DNA from: a virus
Lineage: Duplodnaviria > Caudoviricetes
Strand: one strand, 5' to 3'
Length of the DNA: 24,065 nt
IMG/VR virus record: IMGVR_UViG_3300032328_000306
Span: 1-24,065 of that record
Part shown: positions 15,362 to 24,065 of the stretch, one piece after another
How the letters are laid out: the number at the start of each line of letters is the position of its first letter
Numbering within the stretch: position 1 is the first letter of the stretch
The notes under the pieces: generated by a model
Told to the model about the DNA's origin: nothing
Database searches by the model: none
What the model saw: only the letters and a program-made list of their open reading frames with translations
Program-made: the position numbers and the translations under genes

Positions 15362-15522
15362 TGCCTAACTACGATTTTAAATGCAACACTTGCAATACAG
15401 TAACTGAATTACAAGACATAGCACTACCACCTTGCCCAACTTGTGGTGAAACAATGGTACGTGTATGGTCATCAATAGCAGTTAAGTTTAATGCTCCAGG
15501 GTTCTACTCAACAGGGGGATAA
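15361..15522 (+). CDS. FmdB-family zinc ribbon protein (53 aa; missing from the ORF track)
   Basis: MPNYDFKCNTC..CPTCGETMVRVWSS..FNAPGFYSTGG matches the FmdB CxxC-CxxC pattern. Confidence 0.85.
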   Translation: MPNYDFKCNTCNTVTELQDIALPPCPTCGETMVRVWSSIAVKFNAPGFYSTGG

Positions 15523-15776
15523 TGTACGCATTCACAACAGAAGCAAACTGCAATGGCACGGATACTGATTCATTCTTTACCAACGAACAGGGCTCATACG
15601 AACACCCAGCCATGCTTAAACGCATCTGTGGTGAGTGCAAAGTACAAACAGAATGTCTTAACTATGCCCTACACCATGATGTTAAAGGATGGTGGAGTAA
15701 TACAACCGAACAACAGCGTGCTGCTATACGTGTGGCTAAGAATATAATACCTAGACGCTTGTTTGAGGACTATTAA
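15522..15776 (+). CDS. whiB: WhiB-family Fe-S transcription factor
   Basis: C..D.FF..ICGEC.VQTECL.YAL..GWWSNTTEQQR shows four Cys and a variant G(V/I)WGG turn. Confidence 0.9.
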   Translation: MYAFTTEANCNGTDTDSFFTNEQGSYEHPAMLKRICGECKVQTECLNYALHHDVKGWWSNTTEQQRAAIRVAKNIIPRRLFEDY

Positions 15777-15853
15777 AAGCAGAAAAGACCCCCGTCAGGT
15801 AGGTTAATGTACCTGAACGGGGGCTTCTAGTCTCTACGGGGCTGCTAAGCCCC
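15777..15853. terminator. Terminator region between the converging arms
   Basis: CCCCCGTCAGGTA-N8-TACCTGA(A)CGGGGG (15789-15823) has an A-rich left flank that serves as the U-tract for the minus strand. A second hairpin GGGGCT-GCTA-AGCCCC lies at 15838-15853. Confidence 0.8.
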
Positions 15854-15864
15854 TTAAAATGGTG

Positions 15865-16071
15865 TTACTCGGAGCCTAGTCCGAATTCTTTTTCGCTCTT
15901 ATCTGCCCATTTAGCCAGTGGTGCAGCCAATGCGCCGATTAGTACAGCGTACTCAGGACGTAGGTCAGTTAACAAAGCAATACCCATAGTAATGCCAGCG
16001 GCAAGTAGTGCACGTAGGTATGACTTTACAGCAGCAATATCTTTGTCTGTTAGTTTAAATAGGTTTTTCAT
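15865..16071 (-). CDS. Holin-like small membrane protein
   Basis: Two hydrophobic segments and a charged C-terminus, directly after the endolysin. Confidence 0.65.
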   Translation of the reverse strand: MKNLFKLTDKDIAAVKSYLRALLAAGITMGIALLTDLRPEYAVLIGALAAPLAKWADKSEKEFGLGSE

Positions 16072-16523
16072 TTATTCTCCTTCTTAGGTAAAGGCTTAGG
16101 TAGTTTAGCCTTTACTTTATTTACTACGGTTGGTTTGCCTAACCATGGGAACCACGGCTGGGTATTGTTTCCACAAGTATCCTTGATGGAAATATGTAAG
16201 TGTTTATTGTGTGGGTTGGAACCACTATATTCTCTGTCACCCTTTTCTGATGACCATATTTTGCCTTTAAAAATTAAATACTTAACACGACTATCAGACT
16301 TTAAATGAGCATATGCTTCGTGACAGTTGATACCATTCTCTGGGTCGTGAGTTATATCTACAGCAAATCCTGTATTGTGGTCTGAGTTAGGACTTTGTGC
16401 GAGGTGTGCTTTAGATGGGAGCAGACCATCCGATGCCTTCATCCTCTTCGGTTTCAATGCTGTTGCTTGTCGTAGTGCTGCAATGGCAGCAGGACATGCA
16501 CGCTTTGCAATTGCATCCATCAT
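16068..16523 (-). CDS. Putative endolysin, Zn peptidase of the M15/Hedgehog-DD fold
   Basis: SDHNTGFAVD..HNKHLHIS gives H-x6-D and HxH zinc ligands. It is flanked by membrane-protein genes. Confidence 0.7.
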   Translation of the reverse strand: MMDAIAKRACPAAIAALRQATALKPKRMKASDGLLPSKAHLAQSPNSDHNTGFAVDITHDPENGINCHEAYAHLKSDSRVKYLIFKGKIWSSEKGDREYSGSNPHNKHLHISIKDTCGNNTQPWFPWLGKPTVVNKVKAKLPKPLPKKENK

Positions 16524-16612
16524 TCATCCTCGTCTTCCCATATTTCTGACTCATCTATATTAGGTGATGGCAATCCCCATAAAGGTTCAGGAAGTATAGT
16601 TGTAAATCCCAT
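16520..16612 (-). CDS. Acidic microprotein (30 aa) in the lysis module
   Basis: MGFTTILPEPLWGLPSPNIDESEIWEDEDE, with TAATG and ATGA overlaps on the two sides. Confidence 0.55.
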   Translation of the reverse strand: MGFTTILPEPLWGLPSPNIDESEIWEDEDE

Positions 16613-16806
16613 TACTTCTCCACTAGTATTTTATATAAATCGTCAATGCGTTGTTCTAATCTTACCAAAGAATCTTTCATACTTGACCCACCATTAGGCT
16701 TAAGTTCATTGAGATAATGTTTAACCATCCATCTAATACCACCAGCAATTGCCGAAAAAATTGCTATACATGCAACTGCTATTGTTAGATAGTCTTTTAA
16801 ATCCAT
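16612..16806 (-). CDS. Single-TM protein with a coiled-coil tail (lysis-associated)
   Basis: A TM segment followed by LKPNGGSSMKD, a motif common in actinophage lysis cassettes. Confidence 0.7.
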   Translation of the reverse strand: MDLKDYLTIAVACIAIFSAIAGGIRWMVKHYLNELKPNGGSSMKDSLVRLEQRIDDLYKILVEK

Positions 16807-18770
16807 TATACTGTCCTTACGGTTATTTCTATGATGCCACCAAAACCATCAAAGCGTTTATCGGGCGGTGTCATGCGGGTGAATGTGACTTGTTCAATTA
16901 CTGCTTGTTGTGATTCTCCTGTTGTAAGGTCTTGCCAAGTCAGAACATCGCCTGTCTTTTCAATCTCTTCTAACAATTGTATACGGGCGAATGCTCGCCC
17001 TTCATAACCTATTACTGTGTTAAACCTATCTGTTTCAACATCGTAACACCAGACAGGAAATTTAATTACACGTTGACGTGGAGTAGCAATAGTTGCCTTT
17101 GCTTGATAACCACTAAAGATTGGACCAGTAGTATTATCTGTTGTATCACGTTCAAATGTAAACTTATATGCAAGATATTCTTGTGCTGATTCTGGTTGAG
17201 TTGTAGTTATTTCTACTGGTTCAACTTCAATGTTGTAACCTATATGGTCATACTGAATATCAGTACCGCCAGCATTTGTAGCAAGAGATGACAGAGTAAG
17301 AGTGCCAGATGTAAATGACCCACGTCCAAGAAGACGCTTAAAGTTTTTAGGTTCTAGCGTAGAAAATCTAATCTTACCTGTAGTTATAGAACCAGTTGAT
17401 GATAAAACCGTTGTTGATTGCACGGCTATGCCGTGGTCGCCTGATGTTGTAAATGCTATTTGGTCTGTATTACCAATAAAATCTACAGTAGTAGCGTAAC
17501 CAGCAGCAGTGCTTAAGTATGCATCCTTTGCATAGGCAAAACGTAAAGATTCAATCTCAGTGCCTAGGTCAATACGGTATAAACCAGCACAACTATTAAC
17601 AGTACCAGCAGCCCATACAAATTTATCGCGGAAAGCAAAGTCACGAACACCATTAGGGTCTTCAAATATAAGTGGACCATAAGATAAGTCGCCATTTGTA
17701 TCTGAGATACTAGCCACACGCATACCTTTGTTGGTACCAATCATTAAATATCCAAGGTAAGACTCAATCTTGTAGACAATCTCCCCAATTGGCAGTTGTG
17801 CTGCTACAATCCCTGATGTCAGGGTAGGCATAGAACCAGCAGCAGATAAAACAAACTTGTAGATGGCGGAGTTTCCGCCAGCATAACCTGCAGCATAGAT
17901 AGCGGAACCACCTTCTGATACAGATGTCCAAGTCCAGCCATTATTAGGATGTGTATATAACGCTGTAGGAAGAGCGTGTGTACTGCCCTTAGCATTAGTT
18001 AATTCATAAACGGATGCACCAATGCAAGCAACAAGACGTTGCTTAACCCAACCTAATACTATTTTTTCACTACCAGTATTATAGTAACGAGAATATCCAG
18101 AAGCGGGTGTAGAAATAGGTCCTGTATAAATATGGTCATTGTCTGCAATAAAAAGATGAGTTCCATCTGTTGCAACTGCAAGGATAGCAGTATCTAATGG
18201 TGTTCCTATAGTAGTTATATCTGTATATGTAACAGCAGTTCCATCAGCAGTATAATTTTTAATAGTTGTATTTGCTGGTGTCCAACCAAGTATTTTATTA
18301 GTAGACCCATCAATAATAGATAATATATTATACACACCACTAGTAACACCAGACATATTGGCTGTCTCTTTAAGTAAAGTTACTTGTCCTTTAGTCCAGA
18401 TGTCTACATTATCTGAATCAGCAAAACGGTAGTGTCCATTCTCATCATTGCCAGCAGGGTCATAAAACTTAATACCCGTGCCATTATGAAAAGATGATTG
18501 ACTTCTTAACCACCAACCAGTAAGTGATTGCTCACCTGGTTCCGCACCAATATCTGATTGTTCTTTACGAAAGGGTGCAGTTTGGCGAATGTAAGGGCGC
18601 TCATCACTAATGGAATAGAAGAACGGAAGTCCACCTACTGCTACATCATATGACTCATTAGTGTTTTGCCAAGTAGAAGTAGATGAAACAATACCTAAGT
18701 CAACAGCAATAGAGCGACCAATACCAGCAGTTGACGAGCCTCTACCTTCGGTTATATCTCTTGTTGCCAC
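16806..18770 (-). CDS. Large beta-rich virion/tail protein (possibly a beta-propeller nozzle)
   Basis: 654 aa, GTG start after TAAGGAG, beta-strand-rich, last gene of the tail module. Confidence 0.65.
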   Translation of the reverse strand: MATRDITEGRGSSTAGIGRSIAVDLGIVSSTSTWQNTNESYDVAVGGLPFFYSISDERPYIRQTAPFRKEQSDIGAEPGEQSLTGWWLRSQSSFHNGTGIKFYDPAGNDENGHYRFADSDNVDIWTKGQVTLLKETANMSGVTSGVYNILSIIDGSTNKILGWTPANTTIKNYTADGTAVTYTDITTIGTPLDTAILAVATDGTHLFIADNDHIYTGPISTPASGYSRYYNTGSEKIVLGWVKQRLVACIGASVYELTNAKGSTHALPTALYTHPNNGWTWTSVSEGGSAIYAAGYAGGNSAIYKFVLSAAGSMPTLTSGIVAAQLPIGEIVYKIESYLGYLMIGTNKGMRVASISDTNGDLSYGPLIFEDPNGVRDFAFRDKFVWAAGTVNSCAGLYRIDLGTEIESLRFAYAKDAYLSTAAGYATTVDFIGNTDQIAFTTSGDHGIAVQSTTVLSSTGSITTGKIRFSTLEPKNFKRLLGRGSFTSGTLTLSSLATNAGGTDIQYDHIGYNIEVEPVEITTTQPESAQEYLAYKFTFERDTTDNTTGPIFSGYQAKATIATPRQRVIKFPVWCYDVETDRFNTVIGYEGRAFARIQLLEEIEKTGDVLTWQDLTTGESQQAVIEQVTFTRMTPPDKRFDGFGGIIEITVRTV

Positions 18771-18778
18771 GTTGCTCC

Positions 18779-18868
18779 TTAAATAAATACGCTTGCTTCT
18801 ACAAAGTCTACTTCTGCTAGTGCATCATAGTTGTGTTCTTTAGAACAGTTACCGCAGTCTTTACACAT
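18779..18868 (-). CDS. Cys-rich microprotein (29 aa)
   Basis: MCKDCGNCSKEHNYDALAEVDFVEASVFI. TAATG coupling at its start, and its stop forms the next RBS. Confidence 0.5.
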   Translation of the reverse strand: MCKDCGNCSKEHNYDALAEVDFVEASVFI

Positions 18869-19077
18869 TAGCCGAGCAGTAGTTTTGCTTCGTCAGCAGT
18901 GATACCTAGACGAGCAAGTAGTGCATCCTTCTCAGCAGTCTTGGCTGTTTCTGCTGCTGCACGCTCTGCTGCTGCTGCTTGGTCTGCTTCGTATTGAGCA
19001 AACTCAGCATCGTTCATTTCACGGTCAATAACCTCATCGGTTGATAGGTCGTGGATGCGTACTATTGGTCTTGTCAT
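18868..19077 (-). CDS. Small protein following a tail fibre (assembly-chaperone-like)
   Basis: REMNDAE..LLARLGITADEAKLLL pattern, translationally coupled to the fibre gene. Confidence 0.6.
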   Translation of the reverse strand: MTRPIVRIHDLSTDEVIDREMNDAEFAQYEADQAAAAERAAAETAKTAEKDALLARLGITADEAKLLLG

Positions 19078-19832
19078 TATTTAACTCCGTAAATTAGAAC
19101 CGTACCTGTTGAAAGGTCTCCGCCCGCACTTCTAAATAAAATAGAAGTAACGGCAGAATTACTTCTAAAACCGCCACCGCCAAAAATTCTTTGTTGTGCG
19201 CTAGATGGCCCTTGATAATAGGCACTCCATTGAATAGGCTTAAAAAAAGTTGTTGCAGCATAGTTGTAAATTGTTAAAGCGTAAGCATTATTTGCGCTAG
19301 TTCTATCAGGATGGTTTGAATCTCCTGTTAAAATCCAATCACTATCCCCTGTGCGAATTGCATCGTCAAGCGCTCTCCAAGAAGTAGTAGTGGCAGAATT
19401 TGGTCTGCAATTAAAACTATTATTGTTTGTTGCGTTTGTTACACCATAAACAACAATGTATAAATTTGTATATGTTTGATTAATGCTAGAAATTGTTGTG
19501 CTTGAGCCGCTTAATGTTGTAGTGCTTAAAAGAGTTATTGAACTGGTTGCAGGCAAAGCAGCCCACTCAACACCATCAGCCTGTGCGCTGTTGGCAGTAA
19601 GTACTTGACCATCAGCACCTACGCCTTGACGGACAAAGGTTCCTGCACCAGTGCCAACAATCAAGTCACCCTTGGCGGTAATTGTAGATGGATTGATTGC
19701 AGTTGACTGACCAATCTTGCTATTAATCTGTGTCTGCACAGCAGAAGTTACGCCATCTAGGTAGCCTAACTCTGTTGCTGATACGGTAGTTAGTGCTGTA
19801 CCTGCGTTGGCTAGGTCACGTGCTTTACTCAT
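19077..19832 (-). CDS. Short tail fibre / receptor-binding protein
   Basis: ELGYLDGVTSAVQTQ and AKGDLIVG..GQVLTANS..W shaft motifs, with a beta-rich C-terminal head ending in LIYGVK. Confidence 0.7.
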   Translation of the reverse strand: MSKARDLANAGTALTTVSATELGYLDGVTSAVQTQINSKIGQSTAINPSTITAKGDLIVGTGAGTFVRQGVGADGQVLTANSAQADGVEWAALPATSSITLLSTTTLSGSSTTISSINQTYTNLYIVVYGVTNATNNNSFNCRPNSATTTSWRALDDAIRTGDSDWILTGDSNHPDRTSANNAYALTIYNYAATTFFKPIQWSAYYQGPSSAQQRIFGGGGFRSNSAVTSILFRSAGGDLSTGTVLIYGVK

Positions 19833-20077
19833 TAGTTATCCTCCATTGATGATTTGAATACATCTTCAACTGGGTCATAGATGTCTCCTGAGCCAGCGTA
19901 CTTACCTCTAAAAGTTGCATTGTATGAAGTTTGTTTCCATTCTCCACCAAATGTGTCAGCGCAGAATTGTGCGCCAATAGATTCTTGTTCAACGCCGTTC
20001 TCATCAAAGAGAACTTCATTGTTGATAACAATTACTTGTGTAACAATATTATTTTCTAAACGTGCAAAGTGAGCCAT
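19832..20077 (-). CDS. Conserved small protein associated with glycine-rich fibres (MAHFA...WKQTSYN...YAG)
   Basis: Likely ATG at 20077, immediately after the upstream stop codon. Confidence 0.65.
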   Translation of the reverse strand: MAHFARLENNIVTQVIVINNEVLFDENGVEQESIGAQFCADTFGGEWKQTSYNATFRGKYAGSGDIYDPVEDVFKSSMEDN

Positions 20078-20078
20078 A

Positions 20079-20954
20079 TTATCCAATCACCACCACTACG
20101 TATCCAGAACCCCCAGCGCCACCTTCAACTAGGCTGCCTTGACCTGCACCACCACCGCCACCGCCTTTATTAGTATCTCCTGCAACTCCATTGCTAGAAC
20201 CAACGTTTCCTGCACCACCGCCACCAGTGCCACCAGTACCACCAGGGTAGCCAGCACCATTTCCAGCACCGCCACCGCCACCGTAAGTTACAGATGTTCC
20301 TGTAATGCTATTTGATGCACCAGCGCCACCATTGGCAGTTGTTTCCGCTGCTGCTCCTGCTGCACCTGCTGCACCCGCTCCGCCACCACCACCAGCATTT
20401 CCATAACTATCGTTTCCAACACCACCAGCATTTCCTTGCCCAGAAATACCAGCACCACCAGGGCTATTTTGATTAGAACCGTTTGCTCCACCATTACCGC
20501 CACCACCAGAACCACCGTTAGAACCTGGCTTGGAGATAGATGATGATGTTAATGAAGCACCACCACCACCGCCTACTCCAAATAAATTTCCAACTTGCGA
20601 TGAGATTCCATTTAATCCGTAAGAACCAGAACTATTAGAGGACCTTCCTTTTCCACCAGCGCCACCTGCGCCAACAGTTACAGTGAGGGTTCCAGCAGGT
20701 AAAAATGCAGAGGTATCGTACAAAATACCACCTGCTCCACCACCTGCTCCTCGGTACCCACCGCCTCCTCCGCCACCGCCAAGTACAAATACTTCACAAG
20801 TACCAGCAGTACCTACAGTAATAGAACCAGAGCCAGTAAACTTATAAATAGTTTTACCAGCGCGAGATGAAGTGTCAACAGTAGGAGAACCAGTAGTAGC
20901 AGTTACTGTTGCTTTACCAATTCCACCTGCAGATACAGGACTAAATAATGGCAT
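20079..20954 (-). CDS. Glycine-rich tail fibre / adhesin domain protein
   Basis: Numerous GGGGG runs, C-terminal GGSGYVVV, AAGGAG RBS. Confidence 0.75.
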   Translation of the reverse strand: MPLFSPVSAGGIGKATVTATTGSPTVDTSSRAGKTIYKFTGSGSITVGTAGTCEVFVLGGGGGGGGYRGAGGGAGGILYDTSAFLPAGTLTVTVGAGGAGGKGRSSNSSGSYGLNGISSQVGNLFGVGGGGGASLTSSSISKPGSNGGSGGGGNGGANGSNQNSPGGAGISGQGNAGGVGNDSYGNAGGGGGAGAAGAAGAAAETTANGGAGASNSITGTSVTYGGGGGAGNGAGYPGGTGGTGGGGAGNVGSSNGVAGDTNKGGGGGGAGQGSLVEGGAGGSGYVVVVIG

Positions 20955-20963
20955 TGTTTCTCC

Positions 20964-23366
20964 TTATGCGTACTTAATTGGACCAGCACCAAATACGGTG
21001 TAGGTTGCTGATGCTGTTTTAATAATTGTAAATGTGTATACATCAATTGAAGATGCGTTACCAGATGCAGGTGCTGTTCCACCAGAATACTTAGGAGTTA
21101 CAGCAGAACCATCAATTTGAAATGCTGTCTGATAGTAGGCTGTGCTTCCATTAGTTACTAAGAAAGATACAGTAATTGCATCACCAGTATTAAGAATGCT
21201 ATTTAATGTAGCACCCGAACTGCCACGAACATTGAGTGTCCAGTTACCAGAGGCATTAGTTGTGTAGTAAAGAACACCTTGAGTTGAAGCGTCAAAGTTA
21301 ATGGTTCCAGTAGCAGCCGTTGCGGATACAGTTGTTCGCTCTTCTGGAGCAACAAGAACTGCAGCACTAGCAGTAGGGTTTGTAAGAGTTAGACCAGCAA
21401 TTGTAGTTACTGTTGCACCAGAGGCAATTGATGTTGAACCAATTGTTGGGGCTGAGTATCCAGCAGCAGGTGTTACCCAAGCCAACCCAGTTGAAGCAGA
21501 TGAATCTGCGCTTAGATATTGTCCATTAGTTCCAACAGTTAGTTTACCAGGAGTATCTGCAGCGGTTGCTACAAGGATGTCACCCTTAGCGTCAAAGAGA
21601 GCCTTGTCAATTGCTGTTGCTAAGTCAAAGGCTGTAAAGGTAATAATTTCAAGTACATCTCCAGCAGCCAAGGCTGCAAGAGAAGTGATGCTTGTGCCGT
21701 TAGATGCTGTGTAATCTGTAGTACGGACTAGAAGCACACCGTTGAGGTATACCTGCTCTTTGCCAGGGATGTAAGAAAGTGTTACACCATTATCATCTAG
21801 ACCTGACTCAGTTGTTTCTCCGCCAGCAGCAGTAAAGCGGTAACGGAAGATTGCTGCAGTTGAGGAGATTGAACCCCAAGCAGAACCTGTCCAAGCAAAC
21901 ATAGTGTTGCTTGTTGAGTTCCAGTACAGAGCACCAGTTCCTAAAGCATTGCCGTCATTGTCTACAGATGGAGCAGTTGCCTTACTACCTAAGTAGCGGT
22001 CATCAAAGTCATCGTATGAAGCAGCAGCAGCCGTTGCACTTGCTGCAGCAGCGGTTGCAGAACCAGCAACTGTATCTACATACGCCTTTGTAGCAGCGTG
22101 TAAGTTAGATGATGGAGCACCTGAAAGGGTAAGAGCACCAGTCATAGTAGAACCTGACTTGAGTACTACTGTAGATTCAAATGAACCGCCAGCAGAGATT
22201 GCTGTAGCAATTTCATTAAGAGTATTAAGTGTTCCAGGAGCACCATCTACAAGAGCGTTAACCTGAGCATCAACGTATGCCTTAGTTGAGGCATCCTGTG
22301 CTGATGTTGGGTCTGCTACTCCAGTAAGTTTTTGTGCATTTAATGCGACTGAGGCAGTAGGTGCAGCCATTTGGTCTAAGCGGTTAGTGCGTACTGCTGT
22401 GTTGAAATCTGAGATAGTTGATGCTGTTTGGCTACCAGTGTGGTTAGCACGGGCATATGGGTCTGTAACCAACTTGGCTGCAGTAATTGTTCCATCTGCA
22501 ATATCTGTGGCTACGATAGTTCCGTCAACCAAGTCAGCAGAAGTAATAGTTCCACCAAGGTTTAACTTAGTCTTGGCAATGGCAGCAGAGGCATTAACGT
22601 CAGCATCTACGATAGTGCCATTGGCAATCATAGTTGAAGTAACTGTGCCAGTGTCTGTTGTATAGACACCATTAGTTACTGTGCCAGCATTACCCGATAC
22701 TGTGCCAGTTACGTTACCTGTAATGTTTCCAGTAAATGTACCAGCAATAGTTCCAGCACCAGTAATGGTAGGAGCAGAAATTGTTGGGCTAGTTCCAAGG
22801 ACGTTAGCACCAGAGCCAGTTGAGGTTGTTACACCAGTTCCACCGTTGGCTACTGGAAGAGTTCCAGTTACGCCAGTTGTAAGTGGCAGTCCAGTTGTAT
22901 TAGTTAGAACACCAGATGCTGGAGTACCAAGTGCTGGGGTAGTCAGTGTTGGGCTAGTAAGAGTCTTGTTAGTAAGAGTCTGAGTGTTAGTTGTACCAAC
23001 TACAGCGCCTGTTGCACCGTGACCAGTAGTTGCCTCAGCATGTTCATTGGCTTCAGTAAGGTCACGACCAATAACCATGTGACGTACAATCGCACCAGCA
23101 GAGTGTGCTACACCTGTACCAGGAGTTGCAGTATCTATGCCACGGGCAATAGTAAGAGTTGGACCACTTGAGTAATTGCTAACATCTACAATTTCTTCAA
23201 GAGCAGTATCAGGGTCAATGACAACTGTATAAGTTTCACCTACTGCTGGTGTTCTACCACCCATTAGGTTTGCAGCAGAACCTACAGTCATAGTTGTAGC
23301 AGTAGATGTAATTGGACTGCTTAGTGTGGTTTGTTGTGCTCGGGACGAGTATTTTCTAATTGTCAT
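20964..23366 (-). CDS. Long mosaic tail fibre protein
   Basis: 800 aa, Thr/Ala/Gly-rich, with [17 protein letters not shown], two TKAYVD motifs, VYLNGVLL and AKGDIL modules. Confidence 0.8.
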   Translation of the reverse strand: MTIRKYSSRAQQTTLSSPITSTATTMTVGSAANLMGGRTPAVGETYTVVIDPDTALEEIVDVSNYSSGPTLTIARGIDTATPGTGVAHSAGAIVRHMVIGRDLTEANEHAEATTGHGATGAVVGTTNTQTLTNKTLTSPTLTTPALGTPASGVLTNTTGLPLTTGVTGTLPVANGGTGVTTSTGSGANVLGTSPTISAPTITGAGTIAGTFTGNITGNVTGTVSGNAGTVTNGVYTTDTGTVTSTMIANGTIVDADVNASAAIAKTKLNLGGTITSADLVDGTIVATDIADGTITAAKLVTDPYARANHTGSQTASTISDFNTAVRTNRLDQMAAPTASVALNAQKLTGVADPTSAQDASTKAYVDAQVNALVDGAPGTLNTLNEIATAISAGGSFESTVVLKSGSTMTGALTLSGAPSSNLHAATKAYVDTVAGSATAAAASATAAAASYDDFDDRYLGSKATAPSVDNDGNALGTGALYWNSTSNTMFAWTGSAWGSISSTAAIFRYRFTAAGGETTESGLDDNGVTLSYIPGKEQVYLNGVLLVRTTDYTASNGTSITSLAALAAGDVLEIITFTAFDLATAIDKALFDAKGDILVATAADTPGKLTVGTNGQYLSADSSASTGLAWVTPAAGYSAPTIGSTSIASGATVTTIAGLTLTNPTASAAVLVAPEERTTVSATAATGTINFDASTQGVLYYTTNASGNWTLNVRGSSGATLNSILNTGDAITVSFLVTNGSTAYYQTAFQIDGSAVTPKYSGGTAPASGNASSIDVYTFTIIKTASATYTVFGAGPIKYA

Positions 23367-23377
23367 TTATCTGCCTA

Positions 23378-24065
23378 TCAAAGGGAATAGTGGACACGGA
23401 TAGGATATTTGTCTTGCTGGTTTTTAATTTCTTCATTTAATCGTTGATTAAACAAAGCGTAAACTTGCTTAGTAAGAGATTGAGATGAACCATACGGACG
23501 CTTGGAGTCAACCTCGTCTGCCTGTGGGCTAATCATTGACGCACGTGCTGGGTCAAGATTCGATAGCAAACGATAGGTGGCACCAAGAATAACTAGGTCT
23601 TTGCAAGACATTGGAAGACCAGTTTGTGTTGCAAAGTTTTCTGCATTATCAGTAAATGGAAGTGGGTCAGTAGAATAAACAATTTGAATAGTTCTGCCTG
23701 AAGTAATAGCATTATAAATAGATATAGTTTGTTCGCTACTAAACGCACCAGCGTTAGCGTTACCATCAAAACGGTAGTTACGAATAGGTATCCATTCTTT
23801 GCTTGGACCAATTGATTCGTATGCCACTGAAAGAATAGAACGAATGTTTAATGAGTTACCAGTAGCAGGTAATCTAAATGCTGCTACTGAAGAGTTAGAT
23901 GTAATTGTAGTTGTTTTCGCTGCAAAGATGGATGAACCAATTGCATTAATAGTATCGTTAATTGCTCGTTTAATTACAAAGCGAGGAAAGGTAGGAGCAA
24001 TAGTAACCTTAGTACCTGCTGTGTGTGCGGCTAAAGTAGTGCCTAAGTATGCGCGACCATAAGGA
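23378..24065 (-). CDS. Tail adaptor/tubular-type structural protein, 3' part (the start lies beyond the window)
   Basis: The frame stays open from 23827 to the window end (..GRAYLGTTLAAHTAGTKVTIAPTFPRFVIKRAINDTIN..), so the start given in the ORF track is internal. Confidence 0.65.
   Translation of the reverse strand, partial: PYGRAYLGTTLAAHTAGTKVTIAPTFPRFVIKRAINDTINAIGSSIFAAKTTTITSNSSVAAFRLPATGNSLNIRSILSVAYESIGPSKEWIPIRNYRFDGNANAGAFSSEQTISIYNAITSGRTIQIVYSTDPLPFTDNAENFATQTGLPMSCKDLVILGATYRLLSNLDPARASMISPQADEVDSKRPYGSSQSLTKQVYALFNQRLNEEIKNQQDKYPIRVHYSL

Noticed and set aside
20079-20800. CCACCACCG-type tandem repeats
   Set aside because: They are fully explained by poly-Gly codons of the glycine-rich fibre gene.
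19077-23366. Diversity-generating retroelement or invertible fibre cassette
   Set aside because: No reverse transcriptase or invertase is present in the window and I saw no near-identical TR/VR pair. The similarity between the fibres is mainly at the protein level.
16375-24062. Plus-strand ORFs in the tail region (for example 21301-21714, 22387-22665, 22681-22983, 23799-24062)
   Set aside because: They are antisense shadows produced by the Thr/Ala/Gly codon bias of the fibre genes.

Overview
The window is part of a tailed dsDNA phage genome. It most likely belongs to a low-GC freshwater actinophage: it encodes WhiB, an FmdB-type zinc ribbon, a sigma-like protein and a replication module resembling Cluster-A mycobacteriophages, and the GC content looks to be about 40% by eye. 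A Ca. Nanopelagicales/acI-type host is an inference. There are three blocks. (1) The minus-strand packaging genes (terminase large subunit, a basic protein, the 5' part of the portal) lie at 1-3022. (2) A palindrome-rich divergent control region at about 3023-3530 is followed by the complete plus-strand early/replication arm (3537-15776). This arm holds many microproteins missed by the ORF track, an SSB-like protein, a lytic transglycosylase, DUF932, a PD-(D/E)XK exonuclease, a DnaB/RecA-like ATPase, an Hjc-type resolvase, a split primase, Nmad1/DUF1599, a metallophosphoesterase, a sigma factor and WhiB. (3) Minus-strand tail, fibre and lysis genes (15865-24065) converge on a terminator at about 15780-15855. 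The most striking unexplained signal is a duplicated 65-bp promoter-like hairpin (3437-3501 and 3815-3880). It shows three compensatory base-pair changes and a conserved A-A mismatch, and the two copies bracket a two-microprotein cassette. A structured intergenic RNA ending in an H-type pseudoknot (8711-8823) is the second candidate. All functional calls come from recognising motifs by eye; no database searches were run.
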